NCBI RefSeq assembly: GCF_009914755.1
Contig: NC_060929.1
Reading direction: 5' to 3' (one strand)
DNA from: the human T2T-CHM13v2.0 reference genome, Homo sapiens
DNA: 64,000 bases
Shown here piece by piece: positions 50,769 through 64,000 of the stretch. How positions within the stretch are numbered: position 1 is the first letter of the stretch; each line of letters begins with the position of its first letter. A program made the position numbers and the translations under genes. Under the pieces are notes generated by a model. The model saw only the letters and a list, made by a program, of their open reading frames with translations. It was not told the origin of the DNA and made no database searches.

Positions 50769-53309
50769 TTGGAAAACACATATTGGATGACATTGTCATG
50801 TATAACACAGGTATGTGTCCATCTGTAAAAAGGTGATATACAGGAAAGTGGTAAGCTGAGATTTATGGGAATTCTCAACTTCACCTCTTTCTTGCTCATT
50901 TATCTCTAGTAATAGTGAATTGTGCAGTGGTAGCTGAAGACCAAGGAACAATTGTAAGGCCTCTTAAATGCCTGTTTTTGAATATAGCCAGGATTTTACC
51001 TGTTGCTGTGTCTTAGCCAGAAGACTGGACTCTCCTGACATTGATACTTGTCCCAACCACAACTAAGTTTGCTCTATTCTTTTTGCGTTGTGCTTTGGTT
51101 GACCCTATTGTGGGCCCAAACTTTGACACACTGCTTGGCCCTGTAGAACTTTTTTTTCCCCACTTATAGCCACATTGTGGGGGTCCTGGCCTGGTTTCAG
51201 CACTCACTGGATTTTCAATGGAGAAAATATTTGCAAATTTTGCAATTGTACCTAGGCTCACTCTGCTGAAATTCCATGAGCAAGAAATAATGATGATAGA
51301 GCAGTGAGTGCTCAAAAATTTGTTGAATGCAGAACAAAGGAGGCTAGGCAAGCTGCCTAGGTTTGCACGGTGAATGACAGGGAGAACTAAGTTTTAAACC
51401 CAGGTCTTTCTAATTCCAGAGCTCAAGCACTTAGTCACTGTGCCGTAAGGCTCCATTGGAAATCAGCCACTTACAGTAGGGCTGGGTTTATGTTGCTCTT
51501 GTGTGCAAGTTTAATAGGAACCCAACAACAGGCAGTCTCTGTGAGCTTATCTGACTCCTCAAAACAGTATAGAGAATGAAATAAATTACTTTATCCAAGG
51601 GATTAATTATGTGATTAAAGAAGTTTGCAGAACAATTTCATTAATGTAACTCTTGCTTTCTGGTTAAGAAAAGGTGGCATTTAACTTAAATTTTCAATGG
51701 ATGTACATGTTACATAATTTCTATAAGTGGCTGAGTAGTAGAAATAACCGTGCTCAGTTGAGAAGGCATGGGAGAAAGGGCAAGGGAGAGCAATGGTGAA
51801 AAAACAGGGAAATAAGAACAGTGGAAGGCTCTACCATAAACAGTAAGGAAAGCATTTAAATTATACTACACAGCCTAAAGACACAAAACATTTCGTTTCC
51901 CTTTGCATAAAACTGGTTTGACCTTCACAGTTCTGAAATAACAGGAAATATTTCTGTGGTAACTGTACTGCATTTTAGGCTGGTAGTTAAGCAGACTGTT
52001 CAGCATGAATAAATATAGTTTGAAATTGTTAGGGCAGATTTCTATGAAGAGTGGATGTTAAGCAGTAATATAAATGTAAGAGCTTACAGCAAAATGAAAT
52101 TCATGCTATAAAGTTCAAACCTGCCTAAGAGAGACTTTTAGGTAAACTATTGGGTTGCAAAGCTGATTCCCATTTTGTTTTAATAGTTGGCAACGTATGG
52201 TGGCTGAGGTGATGTGTTTCAGTTGAGTAGATCATGGAGCATTATCCTGCGCTCAGTTGAGCAGAAATGTGTCTGATTTCAGCAGGACTATGAAAAATGG
52301 CTGAATTCTCTCTTCCTGAATCTGAAATTAATGACTAAAAATGTTATCAACAAGGTAGGTTGTCAAAAAAAAAGTGTAGGTACTTTATCTAGAAATGGTA
52401 TATTGTTCCTTAGATAAACACTGAGAATTTTATGGGATAGTTTAGGAGAAGAAATTTATGTAACTTTCTATTTAGCTACAGTGTTAGCTAAAAACAACTT
52501 GATATAAGAATTAGAGATGATTATTCCCTTGTTTTTAATCTCCTCCTTGCTTCTCTGAATTTGAAGTATATCATCAAGTCTTGTTTGTAATTGAGAAGAC
52601 TGGCTGGGGTCACAGAACTTGTAGGAGGGTCAGAAGATTCTTAATATCCTATCTGGATGGGTGTGTGAGCTATCAAAGGGGCCCTCATCCTTTGGGCATA
52701 CTTACATAATTCCTACATTTTGTGTTAATTTTGTACTTAATTCATATCTTTATCAAAGATATATTGAACCCCAACTGTATACTAGCCACTTTTATAGAGA
52801 AGAGATAAATGAAGCATAGTTTTCTGGCTTCAAGGCTGTGTAGAGAGGGTGGGTGTGGTGAACAAGTGGATAAGTGTTATGACTCGGAGTGCTATGGGAA
52901 TAGTGAGATTGTGAGGGAGCCCAGTCATACCACCCGACCTAATAACAGGGAGGAGAGGGGTTAGGGAAAAGCTTCTTGGAGGAGATGTGTTTTGAGGAAA
53001 GAAACTACTTAATCTCTGGACCTATTTCCTTTTCTGCAAAATATTGGGAAATTGCCACCTATCCTTCAGGGTTGTAGTGAGAATTATACCAGGTAGCATG
53101 TGTGAGAAAGCCTGGAACGTGTAGGCTCTCCATGTTTTCATTATGATCACTGTGGATGGCTTTATCATTTCTCTTTCTAGCCTGAAATGCATGAATTCCA
53201 AAATTTGAATGGGAAAATTAAACTAATATTAGACCAGTTTGACTCTTAGGCTACATAAAGAAGCACAATCTAAATTATCCACCACTCTGAATATGGAAAG
53301 AAAGAGATA

Positions 53310-53775
53310 TGTATTAGTTTGTTGTTACTGCTGTTACAAGTTATCACAGAATTAGTGGCTTAAAATAACACATTTATTATCTCACATTTCTGGAGGTCAG
53401 AAGTCTGGAATCAGTGTTATTGGTCTTAAATCAGGGTGTGGTAAGTCTGGTTTGTTTTGGAGGCTTTGGAGAGAATCTGTTTCTTACTTTTTCTAGCTTC
53501 CAGAGACTGCCCATATTCCTTGGCTTATCACTCAATCACTCCAGTCTCTGCTTCCACAGTCGTCATATTAACTTCTCCTCCCTCTGGTGTCTTAACTTTC
53601 TTTTATAAGGATAATTGTGAATACATGAGCCCACCTGGATAATATAGGTCAATCCCATCTCAAGATCCTTAACTTAATCATACCTTCAAGGTCCCTTTTG
53701 TCAAATCAATTAATATTTATAGGTTCTGGGGATCAGAACATGAACACCTTTGGGGACATTATTTAGCCAACCACA
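53310..53775 (-). mobile_element. MLT1C/D-type solo LTR
   Basis: tgtattagttt...atttagccaaccaca with near-TSD agata/agatg. Confidence 0.8.
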
Positions 53776-54988
53776 AGATGTAAAGATCAGAGGAGAGTAT
53801 CTCTGCGTGCAGTGCTACAGTATTCACTGCCTCTAATATGTTTGGGCTGTTGGAATGGCTCACAAAGAGAGATACCTATCAGAGCCCTTGGGCTACTGAC
53901 ATCTAAGCTTAGCAAGTCAATGGCAAGTCTTACTGGTTGGCCTTGAATTTAGAATTCTGTCCCATCCTCACATCAATTTCATCTGTTAATTGCTATTAGA
54001 TAATATTTCTTAACTTCATTTAAATCTGTGTAACAGCCATGTTATGGGCAAAGTGTGAAGAGAATGACAGTAGACTAAAAACTCTGGGTAACAGTTGCAT
54101 TTAATGCAGTGATGTTATTTGAGCACAATACATTTTTGCTGAGGGAGAGCTTGTGTTGACTATGATTGAGGCAGAGATGTATTTGTTTCATAACACTCAA
54201 GTGTAAGACACGTCATATTGCTTTATTTTTCTAAGTCAAATTAAATCTAAGCCTCTGTTCAAATAGGTTAGCAAGACAACCAATATCAGTCATGACTGGG
54301 AAGGCCCTCCCCCACCCTAGAGCTGAACAAATCCTTGAGAGTTTAATCAGGCCAGAAATCTGGACTAGGGGCTCTGGTTTTCTGTGAGCATAGTTGATCA
54401 GACCCTGCTCGTTGTTTCAGTCCAGTTGGAACATTTAAAAGTGGGTTGGTCAGTTGTTCAGAGCATCAGTTTTCCCTATAAACAACTAAGCCAGTGGAAA
54501 TTCTTCTGTAGCAGCCAAGGCCATACCTCCTAGGATTCATTTTTATCTCAGTCAACCTCATCAGGACACCGTATTAGAGGGAGATTCTGGTCTCTTCTAT
54601 ATAAGAACCAGAACCATCCCCCACTAATTCCGAGATTTCCAGTTGTTTCCTAGCCCACCCGCAACCTCATCCCTTAGAACCAAATCCCATTTTCTCTTCA
54701 AGACCTTGCATTCTCTCACTTAAACTATGTGAGATGGTATGTGTGAGAAAGCCTGGCTCACAGAGGCACTCCAAGTTTTCATTGTGATCATTGCTGCTTT
54801 CCTCAGGATTTAAAAACAAAAGCTTCTCAACTGTCTTCTTAACAGTTCCTAACTGGGAGAGTGGCAGTCCTAAAATGTATGAATGCAAAGTCCAGCTGGC
54901 CTTTTTATTTTTATGTGATGAGCTATATGAAATTAAGGCACAAATAACTTTTTCAAGAAAGTGATTCTGTTAAAGTAGTTAATGGCTT

Positions 54989-55310
54989 GGCCAGGTGCGT
55001 TGGCTCATGCCTGTAGTCCTAGCACTTTGAGAGGCTGAGGTGGGTGGATCACCTGAGGTCAGGAGTTCAAGACCAGCCTGGCCAACATGGCAAAACCCCG
55101 TCTCTACTAAAAATACAAAAATTAGCTGGGCATGGTGGCGGGCACCTATAATCCCAGCTACTGGGGAGGCTGAGGCAGGAGAATCTCTTGAAACCAGTAG
55201 TGGGGGGCGGGGAGGCAGAGGTTGCAATGAGCTGAGATCGCCCCACTGCACTCCAGCTTGAGTAAAAGGGTGAAACTCTGTCTCTAAATAAATAAATAAA
55301 TAAATAAATA
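54989..55310 (+). mobile_element. AluSx/Sz with (TAAA)n tail
   Basis: Complete dimer, TSD aaagtagttaatggctt / aaaatagttaaggctt, and a short G-rich insert near 55195-55210. Confidence 0.93.
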
Positions 55311-58300
55311 AAATAGTTAAGGCTTGAAAGTGAATTGTTGGCCCCGTGAACATCTAGACTACAGGAAAATAATGTGTTCGTTCAGTTTTCAGCTTTTTGT
55401 TCTCTCATGTATCTGCTTTTTTCCTTTCTCAGCCACTTCCCCCTTTCAATATACTACTCATGTCAGCTGTCTTTCAAGACACAAGGGAAACAATGTTCCT
55501 AGCTAATTTCACAAGTAATACCCAAGATATGCATTTTAAATGTTTATTTAGATAGGATTGGTCAACTCATGAAAGCACACCAACTCATGTAAATATTGTA
55601 CAATCATTTCAGCAGGAGAACAAAAGAGAACAGCTTCTTGGTGATTTATCTTTTTCTTACTGACTCAAGCTCTCACCCAAAACCTGTTGGTCCGTTTTAG
55701 TGGAAAGGTTAAAATGAATTCACTTTCAAATGTTACAGCTTAACTAGTAATAATTTTAGGACCTCAGATTAGGTACATGTAACTTTTTTTATTAATTACA
55801 ATTTCATGTATTAAAATCACCTGGACTCATTTACTCCTCTGGTTGGGCACTTATGATACATATTGGTAAATTCTGCTGAGACTTTCTTTCTTACTAGTAT
55901 GTCCAGCCTTGTGGTATCCATGGTCTCTATTGAACTTGACACTTCCCAGTGAAAATTTTGCCTGCCACATCCTGGTGGCTTTTTGTTTTGGCTCTCAGTT
56001 ATTTTCTAGATTGTCATTTCCAGTCATCATGTCCTCAGTAGGAAGACCTATCACACCCAGGTTGGTGGGGAATACGACAACTTTCCCCGTTGTCCTATGA
56101 TTCTCTGGTGTTAGGAACAGCTCATATTTTCCATGAGCCTTAGAGTTCTCCTAAGCTGCATGGAATATTATGGAGGTGTCTTTTCCTGGAGGATTATAAC
56201 ATAGCTTTTTTTCTGGCTGTTAGACCGCTTTAGTGCATTTTGAAGAAGCATTGAACCATATTGTGAAAAGTATGCAAATAATATCAAACTCAGTGGGTTA
56301 CCATCACCTTTCAGATAGTCCTTTTTCTTCTCCTCTCTTTAGAGTGAAGAAGTAAATTGTGCCAGTGAATAAAAAGGAATTTAAAAAATTATGTAAAAAG
56401 GGAAAGTATTGTTTTCGTAAAAGCAACCGTGAAATACAGCTATTAAAAAAAAGAAATCTTTGATTCAGGATAGGCTTGTTTAAATTCTCAGTTTAAAATG
56501 ACTTACAAATATAGTGAAAAGGTTTTAAAAATTGTTGATGCTGTTGAATAAACATCGAAAGAGGCAGTGAGGTGTGTTGAAATTGGGCTATTATTTATTA
56601 TGATTATGTGTTAAATTTTGGTTTCATTGTCCTTGCCATGGATGAGGGAAGAGTAGGGTCTCTCAACTACAACTCAGTGGATCTCTGACTCCTCTTTGAC
56701 CAGCAGTTTCTGGTCTGTCTGTTTGTTTACTGGTGTATCTTTGCCATTCTTTTTCTTCAAGACTTTCAGAAAATTTTATATAGAAAGTTTTTCCTTCTTG
56801 ATCTAACATGAGGGGATTATATACACACACATGGGTTATGTTCTTCTCCTTTACATTCAGAATTTTGACAACTACTTTGGACTTAAAACTTGTAATTTTA
56901 TTAGTAAGCTTTTAGTTTTTAATCATTTTTTGATTGCTCTATGCTCTAAGATGTTTATTTTAAAAATGTGTTTACATATGTAAGTCATGATTTGAGGTGT
57001 TATTACTTTAAGATTCAATGTCTGTTTGACTCCCCTTCTAAGAGATGTTGAGGTGAGTATGCTTCCTCTTTATCTTACTTCCCCTCCCACTTCTTTCCTT
57101 ATATTACTTGAAGTGGATTCTATTATCATTTCTAAATTGACCTATTACATTTATGTTTTGTTCTATAGTACTTCTAATTCTCACAGTTGGGTAGTGTCTT
57201 TACAATGATTTCTCCATTCATCTCCAAGTTTATACTATAGTAGTTGTCTTAAAAATACACAATGCCAATTTAATTTATTCATTTGATTCTTTTTCTACTT
57301 TAGGGCAATTTTATTTTATTATATCTTTGAATATTTATTCTGTGATATTTCTTATTTAGGAATATCAATTATACACATGTTGGATCTCCTTTGGTTCCAT
57401 AATGGTAATTTTCCCTCTAATGCTTTAACAGTCTGTGTTATTTTACATTTTTCTGTTTTCAGAAATGACTTTTTCTTTTGATGCCTCTAATGTAACCTTC
57501 ATGTACGTAATAGTTTTATTTTTTCTTTCTATTTTTTCACTCTGACACATAACTTTTCATTACCTCTATTTTCTTATCTTTTCCCTTGACTCCTATTATA
57601 TCTTGTCTGAACTCTTGTTTCAGAGGGGTTATAATTTTTTAAATTCCTGATATTTTAAGAGTACCATTTTTTGAGTGCCCGATTTATGTGTTAATTTTTT
57701 GCCTGATTGGTGTTTCAGTATTGCATATTTTTTGTCTTCTGTTTGCCATGTTCTTTTCTTTAGGTTTTGGTACTGTCTTTGTACATGCCCCAAGCTGACT
57801 TTTTTTCTGACTATTATTCATCTTTAATGCACACCTGAATCAGCTATTTGATGATGGATAGCATAGAGGAAGGCTAAGTAGAGTACAGCAGGTAGTTTGA
57901 GTTTTAGGCCATGGCTTTGAATACATTCTCACTGATATTCTACCCTATGAATACAAATCAACTATGAGTTAGCAAGAAATCTCTGACACATAGGGAAGTC
58001 ACAATTGTATTTATTTACTTTATCATCTATCTATCCTCTTCTTTGCTTTCTTCCTTCCATCATTCCTTTCTTTCTATTTTCTTTCCTTCTTTCTCTGCTT
58101 TCCTTTCTTCCTTTCTTTCTTTTTTGGTAGTGATTTTTTTCTTGCTTCTGTGCAGGGCTTCTTACCATTGATAATGTCTCTAACACCCTGTTTCATCCAC
58201 TCTCTTGAAAAGGGGAATGTCTGTAGACTTTCTTATTCAGCCTGATAATATTGCCACCGTGTGGTATAAAATAAGGTTTACCCGGGGTTCCACAATATCT

Positions 58301-58529
58301 ATATGAAAGTCAGTTGGCCATTCAAGTAAAGGGTGATTCTTTTTGTCTTGCTATCTCTCACCTAGTGTGAAAAATGCCTCACTCAAGGCCTGCAGAGTGT
58401 GATGTCTTTCATGGAGCTCTCCTCTATCTTTGCATTATTTTCACTGCACTTGACAGCAGCTGTGGTTTAGCATTGTGGTTGTTTTTTCATATGTTGTGGT
58501 TTAGGCTTATGTTTTTTTCTTAGCATATT

Positions 58530-58965
58530 AATGATATATTGTTATTAACAAACCAAACTTAGACTTAAATAAACCAGTTTATTACTTCTCCTAATTCTAT
58601 TCATTGATTGGGCAGTTCTGCTGGTTTCACCTGGGTTCACTTATGTGTCTGTAGTTAGCTGGTGGATCAACTGGGATGGCTGAAAAAGATGAAATGTCTG
58701 GCCTGTTTGTCTCCACATGGTTTTTCATCCTGGGTGTCTTCACAGCATGGAGATCTCTGTGTACCATGAGGGTGAGAAGCTGCAGACCTCTAATGGCGGC
58801 TGAGGCTAGAAAGACACATAGCATCAGTTCTTCTGCATTCTATTGGTCAAAGTAAGTCAGGGGACCAAACCAGTTTCAAGGGGTGGCAAAGTCACATTCA
58901 AAATGCGTGTGCATCCACTGGTAGGAGGATTATTATGCCTTTCTTTGGGCACTTAATCTACCATC
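58530..58965 (-). mobile_element. Old MLT1 LTR
   Basis: gggcagttctgctgg...tctccacatgg...cattctattggtcaaagtaagtcag...aatctaccatca. Confidence 0.65.
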
Positions 58966-59541
58966 AGGTTTATCTATTGATTTGTTTTTTGACCTTATTA
59001 TTATTTGGTTTCATAGTAAAGAATAGAGCAAAGACAATTTTATACTGCTGCCTTTAACAGGAAATCAAGCTATTATTAATTTTAATAATGACAAATAATT
59101 TTAAAAACTCAATGTTATGCCTCATTTTTAATGACATAGCACATTTTATTTTTGTACTTTTTAAAGGATTATAAAATAGAACTTAAGAAATGCCTCTACA
59201 TGTAGGTAATAGCTTCCAGTAATAGTGCAAGGATGCTGAGACCTGATATGGGAAAGTATTTCCCAGTTCATGCAGTATGGGGTAAGAAATTTTGGAATGG
59301 AGGTAAGGAAGGCTGGCTTCTACTTTTGATTCCAATTCTCTAAGTCTAGCTTTGAGATCTTGAGAAAATCAGTTTAGTCTCTCCTTAACTACAATGAGGA
59401 AGTTCCTAAACTATAAGGTCATACAAGTTGCCTGTGGGATTTATTAAAAATTTAAATTCCTGGTCCCTTTTCTTCTTGACATTTTGACTCAATAGGTCAA
59501 AAATAAGGTCTAAGAATCTGAATTTTTAAAATAAGCACTTC

Positions 59542-59792
59542 AGAAAAAGATTCAAATAAACACAATCAGAAATGACAAGGGGCATATTACCACTGACCCA
59601 ATAGAAATACAATGACCACCAGAGAATATTATGAACACCTCTATGCACACAAACTAGAAAATGTAGAAGAAATGGATAAAATCCTGGACACATACAACCT
59701 CCCAAAGCTGAACCAGGAAGAAACTGAATCCTTGAATAGACCAATAACGAGCTCTGAAATTGAGGCAATACTAAATAGCCTACCAAAAAAAC

Positions 59793-59824
<32 letters not shown>

Positions 59825-62419
59825 CCAGGACCAGACAGATTTACAGCTGAATGCTACCAGATGTACAAAGAAGAGCTGGTATCATTCCTCCTGAAAGTAC
59901 TCTAAAAAACTGGGGAGGAAGGACTCCTCCCTAACTCATTCTTTGAGGCCAGCATCATCCTGATTCCAAAACCTGGCAGACACACAACAAAAAAAGAAAA
60001 CTTTAGGTCAGTATCTTTGATGAACATTGCTGCAAAAGTCCTCAACAAAATACTGGCAAACTGAATCCAGTAGCACATCAGAAAGCTTATCCATCACAAT
60101 CAAGTAGGCTTTATCCATAGGATCAAGGTTGGTTCAACATATGCAAATCAATCAATGTGATTCATCACAATAACAGAACTAAAGACAAAACCATATGATT
60201 ATCTCAACAGATGCAGAAAAGGCTTTCAATAAAATTCAACACCCCTTCATATTAAAAACTTTCAGTAAGCTAGGTATTGAAGGAACATGCTTCAAAATAA
60301 TAACAGCCATCTGTGATAAAACCACAGCCAATATCATACGGAGTGAACAAAAGCTGGATGCATTCTTAAAAACCAGCACAAGACAAGGATGTCCTCTCTC
60401 ACCACTTTTATTCAACATAGTATTGGAAGTCCTGGCCAGGACAATCGGACAAAAGAAATAAATAAAGGGGATCCAGATAGGAAGAGGAAGCCAAGCTATT
60501 CTGGTTTGCAAATAACATGATTCTATATCTAGAAAACCCCATAATCTCATCCCAAAAGCTCCTTAAGCTAATAAACAGCTTCAGCAAAGTCTCATGATAC
60601 AAAATCAATGTGCAAAAATTATTAACATTCCTATACACCAAAAACAGTCAAGCTGAGAGCCAAATCAGAAACACAATCCCATTTACAATCGCCACAAAAA
60701 AGAAAAAGTACTAAGAATACGGCTTACCAGGGTGGTGAAATATCTCTACAAGAACTATAAAACACTGCTCAAAGAAATCAGAGATGACACAAACAAATGG
60801 AAAAACATTCTATGCTCATGGATAGGAAGAATTCATACTGTTATAATGGCCATACTGCCCAAAGCAATTTATAGATTCAATGCTATTCCTATTAAACTAC
60901 AATTGACATTCTTCACAGAGCTAGAAAAAGCCATTTAAAAATTCATATGGAACCAAAAAAGAACCAAATAGCGACGGCAGTCCCAGGCAAAAAGAAGAAA
61001 GCTGGAGGCATCACACTACCCAACTTCAAACTTTACTACAGAGCTACAATAACAAAAATAACATGGTACTGGTACAAAAACAGACACGTAGACCAATGGA
61101 ACAGAATAAGGAGCCTAGAAATAAGGCCGCACACCTACAACCATTTTATCTTTGACAAAACTGACAAGAACAAGCAATGGGGAAAGGGCTCTCTATGCAA
61201 TAAATGGTGCTGGGATAACTGGCTTATGCAGAAGATTGAAATTGAACCCATTCCTTACACTATATACAAAAATCAACCCAAGACAGGTTAAAGACTTAAA
61301 TGTAAACCCCAAAACTATAAAAACCTTGGAAGACAACCTAGGCAATACCATTCTGGACACAAGAATGGGCACAGATTTCATGACTAAGATGCCAAAAGCC
61401 ATTGCAACAAAAGTAAAAATTGACAAATGGGATGTAATTAAACTAAAGAGCTTCTGCACAGCAAAATAAACTATCAACAGAGTGAACAGACTACCTACAG
61501 AATGGGAGAAAATTTTCCCAAACTGTGCATCTGACAAAGGTCTAATATCCAGCATCTATAAGGAACTTTACAGGAAAAAAAAGCACTATTAAAAAGTGGG
61601 TGAAGATCATGAACAGACTTTCAAAAGAAGACATACATTGTGGCCAAAAAGCATATAAAAAATGCTTAATATCACTGATCGTTAGAGAAATGCAAATCAA
61701 AACCATAATGAGATACCATCTCACACCAGTCGGAGTAACTATTATTAAAAAGTCAAAAAATAACAGATGCTGGTGAGGTTGCAGTGAAAAAAGAATGCTT
61801 ATAAACTTCTGGTGGGAGTGTAAATTCGCTCGATCATTGTGGAAGATAGTGTGGTGATTCCTTAAAGAGCTAAAAACAGAACTACCATTTGACCCAGCAA
61901 TTTCATTACTGGATATATAGCCAAAGGAATATAAATTGTTCTGTCATAAAGACACATGCATGTTTATGTTCATTGCAGCACTATTCACAATAGCAAAGAC
62001 ATGGAAGCAACCTAAATGCCCATCAGTGACAGAGTGGATAAAGAAAATGTAGTATGCATACAGCATGCAGCCATAAAAAAGAATGAGATCATGTCTTTTG
62101 CTGGAACATAGATAGAGCTGGAGGCCATTATCCTTAGCAAACTAACACAGGAATAGAAAGCCAAATACTGCATGTTGTCATTTATAAGTGGGGGCTAAAT
62201 GATGAGAACATGTGGACACACAGAGGGGAACAACGCACACTGGGGTCTATCAGAGTGTGGAGGTTGGAAGGAGGGAGACTATCAGGAAAAATAACTAATG
62301 GGTACTAGACTTAAAATTTAGGTGATGAAATAATCTGTACAACAAAACCCCATGATGCAAGTTTTTACCTGTGTAAAACACCTGCACATGTACCCCAAAC
62401 TTAAAATAAAAGTTAAAAA
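59542..62419 (+). mobile_element. 5'-truncated L1PA13-like LINE-1 inserted in a MER5-type element
   Basis: ORF2 RT and C-terminal remnants with the same 3' end type as the 21221-27059 copy. Perfect 14-bp TSD aaaataagcacttc (59528-59541 / 62420-62433) preceded by ttttt, which fits an L1 endonuclease site. Confidence 0.93.
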
Positions 62420-64000
62420 AAAATAAGCACTTCTTATAATTTCATTGCCAGGAATGGTGACTATACTTTGAGAAATATTTTATATTATAAGTATGATAGA
62501 ACTTTGGAAACCTCAAAACCTGTGCCTACTTTCAAAATTTTATTAATTATGAAATGCATACTTAAAATGTTTGTTCACTGAGCAATGATTAGCTATTTGT
62601 CTGCATCATTTATAATGTCTTTGTGAATAAACATTCTAACTTGTAGGCAATGCTTTGCATCTGTTATTTTGCAAATAAAAGAAAAATTTGTTTCTCATGA
62701 CCACTATTAAATCTGTTGACTTAAAAAAGTACATATTTTTGTGATTCTCAACATCATATCAGACTTTTCTTTCTTGACACATGAAATTGAAATAATATCA
62801 CTAATATTACAATTAATCATAGAGACATGGGGGTGGATGTTCAAGGACTTGAAAAGCTGTATCTCACACTGTCTAATATGTGAAAGCATTAGGTTGTCTT
62901 TTAGGGAAATTACTTGTTATTATTCAGACATATCCCATCCACTTCAAAGTTGGTCCTAAGCAATGAGAAGTGAAAATTATTAAAATGAAGTTTGCATATA
63001 TTAGGTGCTCAGAGTACTAAATAAAACAATTTACTTTTACATCAGAAAATAGAATTCAACGACTTAACATTAAATGGTCCAAGGTCAATGTCACCAACAT
63101 ATAACTTGCAACAGACAGAATAAGAGATCAGGACATATGATTTAGTAGTAAGCTACTGTAGGAATATTCACTTGCAGAGTTTTGTTGTTTTGTTTTTTTT
63201 TTTTAGACTTTATGGGCCACATTTTTAGCTTGAGGGCCATACAAAAATGGGCCACAGACCGCATACTGCCCCTGATTATAATAAAAACATATGTCAAACT
63301 ATGAGTAAGATTGATTCCTGGTTTTAAACATTGTGTTAGTAATTTAGGTGACAACTTTTTTGGTTAGGGCAACTCTCCATTCGGCCACTTGATGGCAGCA
63401 TTTACTATGTGCTAACATTGAACTTCAATTTTTTTTTTTTTTTTTTTTTTTTTTCTCCTCTTTAGGTTGTTCAGCCTCGTTTAACATTGGTGGTGGAAAA
63501 AAGATTGATAGCAATGCAAATGTATTTATAACCACGAGAGATAGCCACCTTCCACCCCAATTAGCCTTTGCATTGATTTACTGAGGAAAAACATCTATTA
63601 CCGAAAAAGTCTTACAGATTAGTGTTGCATTATTTTGTTACAGTTGAAATATCTGTAGGAAAAGTGATCTCACAGATCTCATTTTAATCTAACCAAAAAT
63701 GTACTTTCCCCAATAATTAAAAAAAAAAAGATTTATCATTGAGAATGCAGCTCTGGTTCAGAATGCTATACTACAGCTTTTCCCCTTAAAGCTATATACT
63801 TAGTTATTTGAATATTTTTTAATAATGAGCTTGTGTCACATTTTAGGTCTTTAAAAAGAGATTTATTCATGAGCTGTTGCTTGAATAAAGCCATTGATCT
63901 ACCAAAAAAATTTCCTATTTCTCAATTTCTTTGTGAGAATATAATTACGATCTGAATTAGTCTTTAAAAAAAATAAAAGAGCATACTGCTTCCTGAAATA

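Overview
Human-type (primate) genomic DNA, AT-rich and mostly repeat-derived. It contains the end of the last intron, the terminal coding exon (C-terminus (K)CCCFFKRRKRKTIQRHK*) and the ~2.4 kb 3'UTR of casein kinase 1 gamma 3 (CSNK1G3, + strand), followed by ~55 kb of intergenic DNA. That region holds a near-full-length Cheshire/Charlie hAT transposon fossil and a ~14 kb nested cluster: an old L1MA hosting two Alus, a near-full-length L1PA13-like element and a KRT18 processed pseudogene. It also holds an intact two-LTR MST (MaLR) element whose 3' LTR carries a tailless chimeric 28S rRNA insertion, several solo LTRs, and a second 5'-truncated L1PA13-like copy. I see no new protein-coding system; the ORF-track ORFs I could place come from repeats, the pseudogene or wrong frames, and the rest look like chance ORFs. 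The two most unusual observations are that two L1 copies ~35 kb apart share the same ORF2 frameshift, and the three-piece 28S rRNA capture. Repeat subfamily names come from my recall of consensus sequences, not from a RepeatMasker run.
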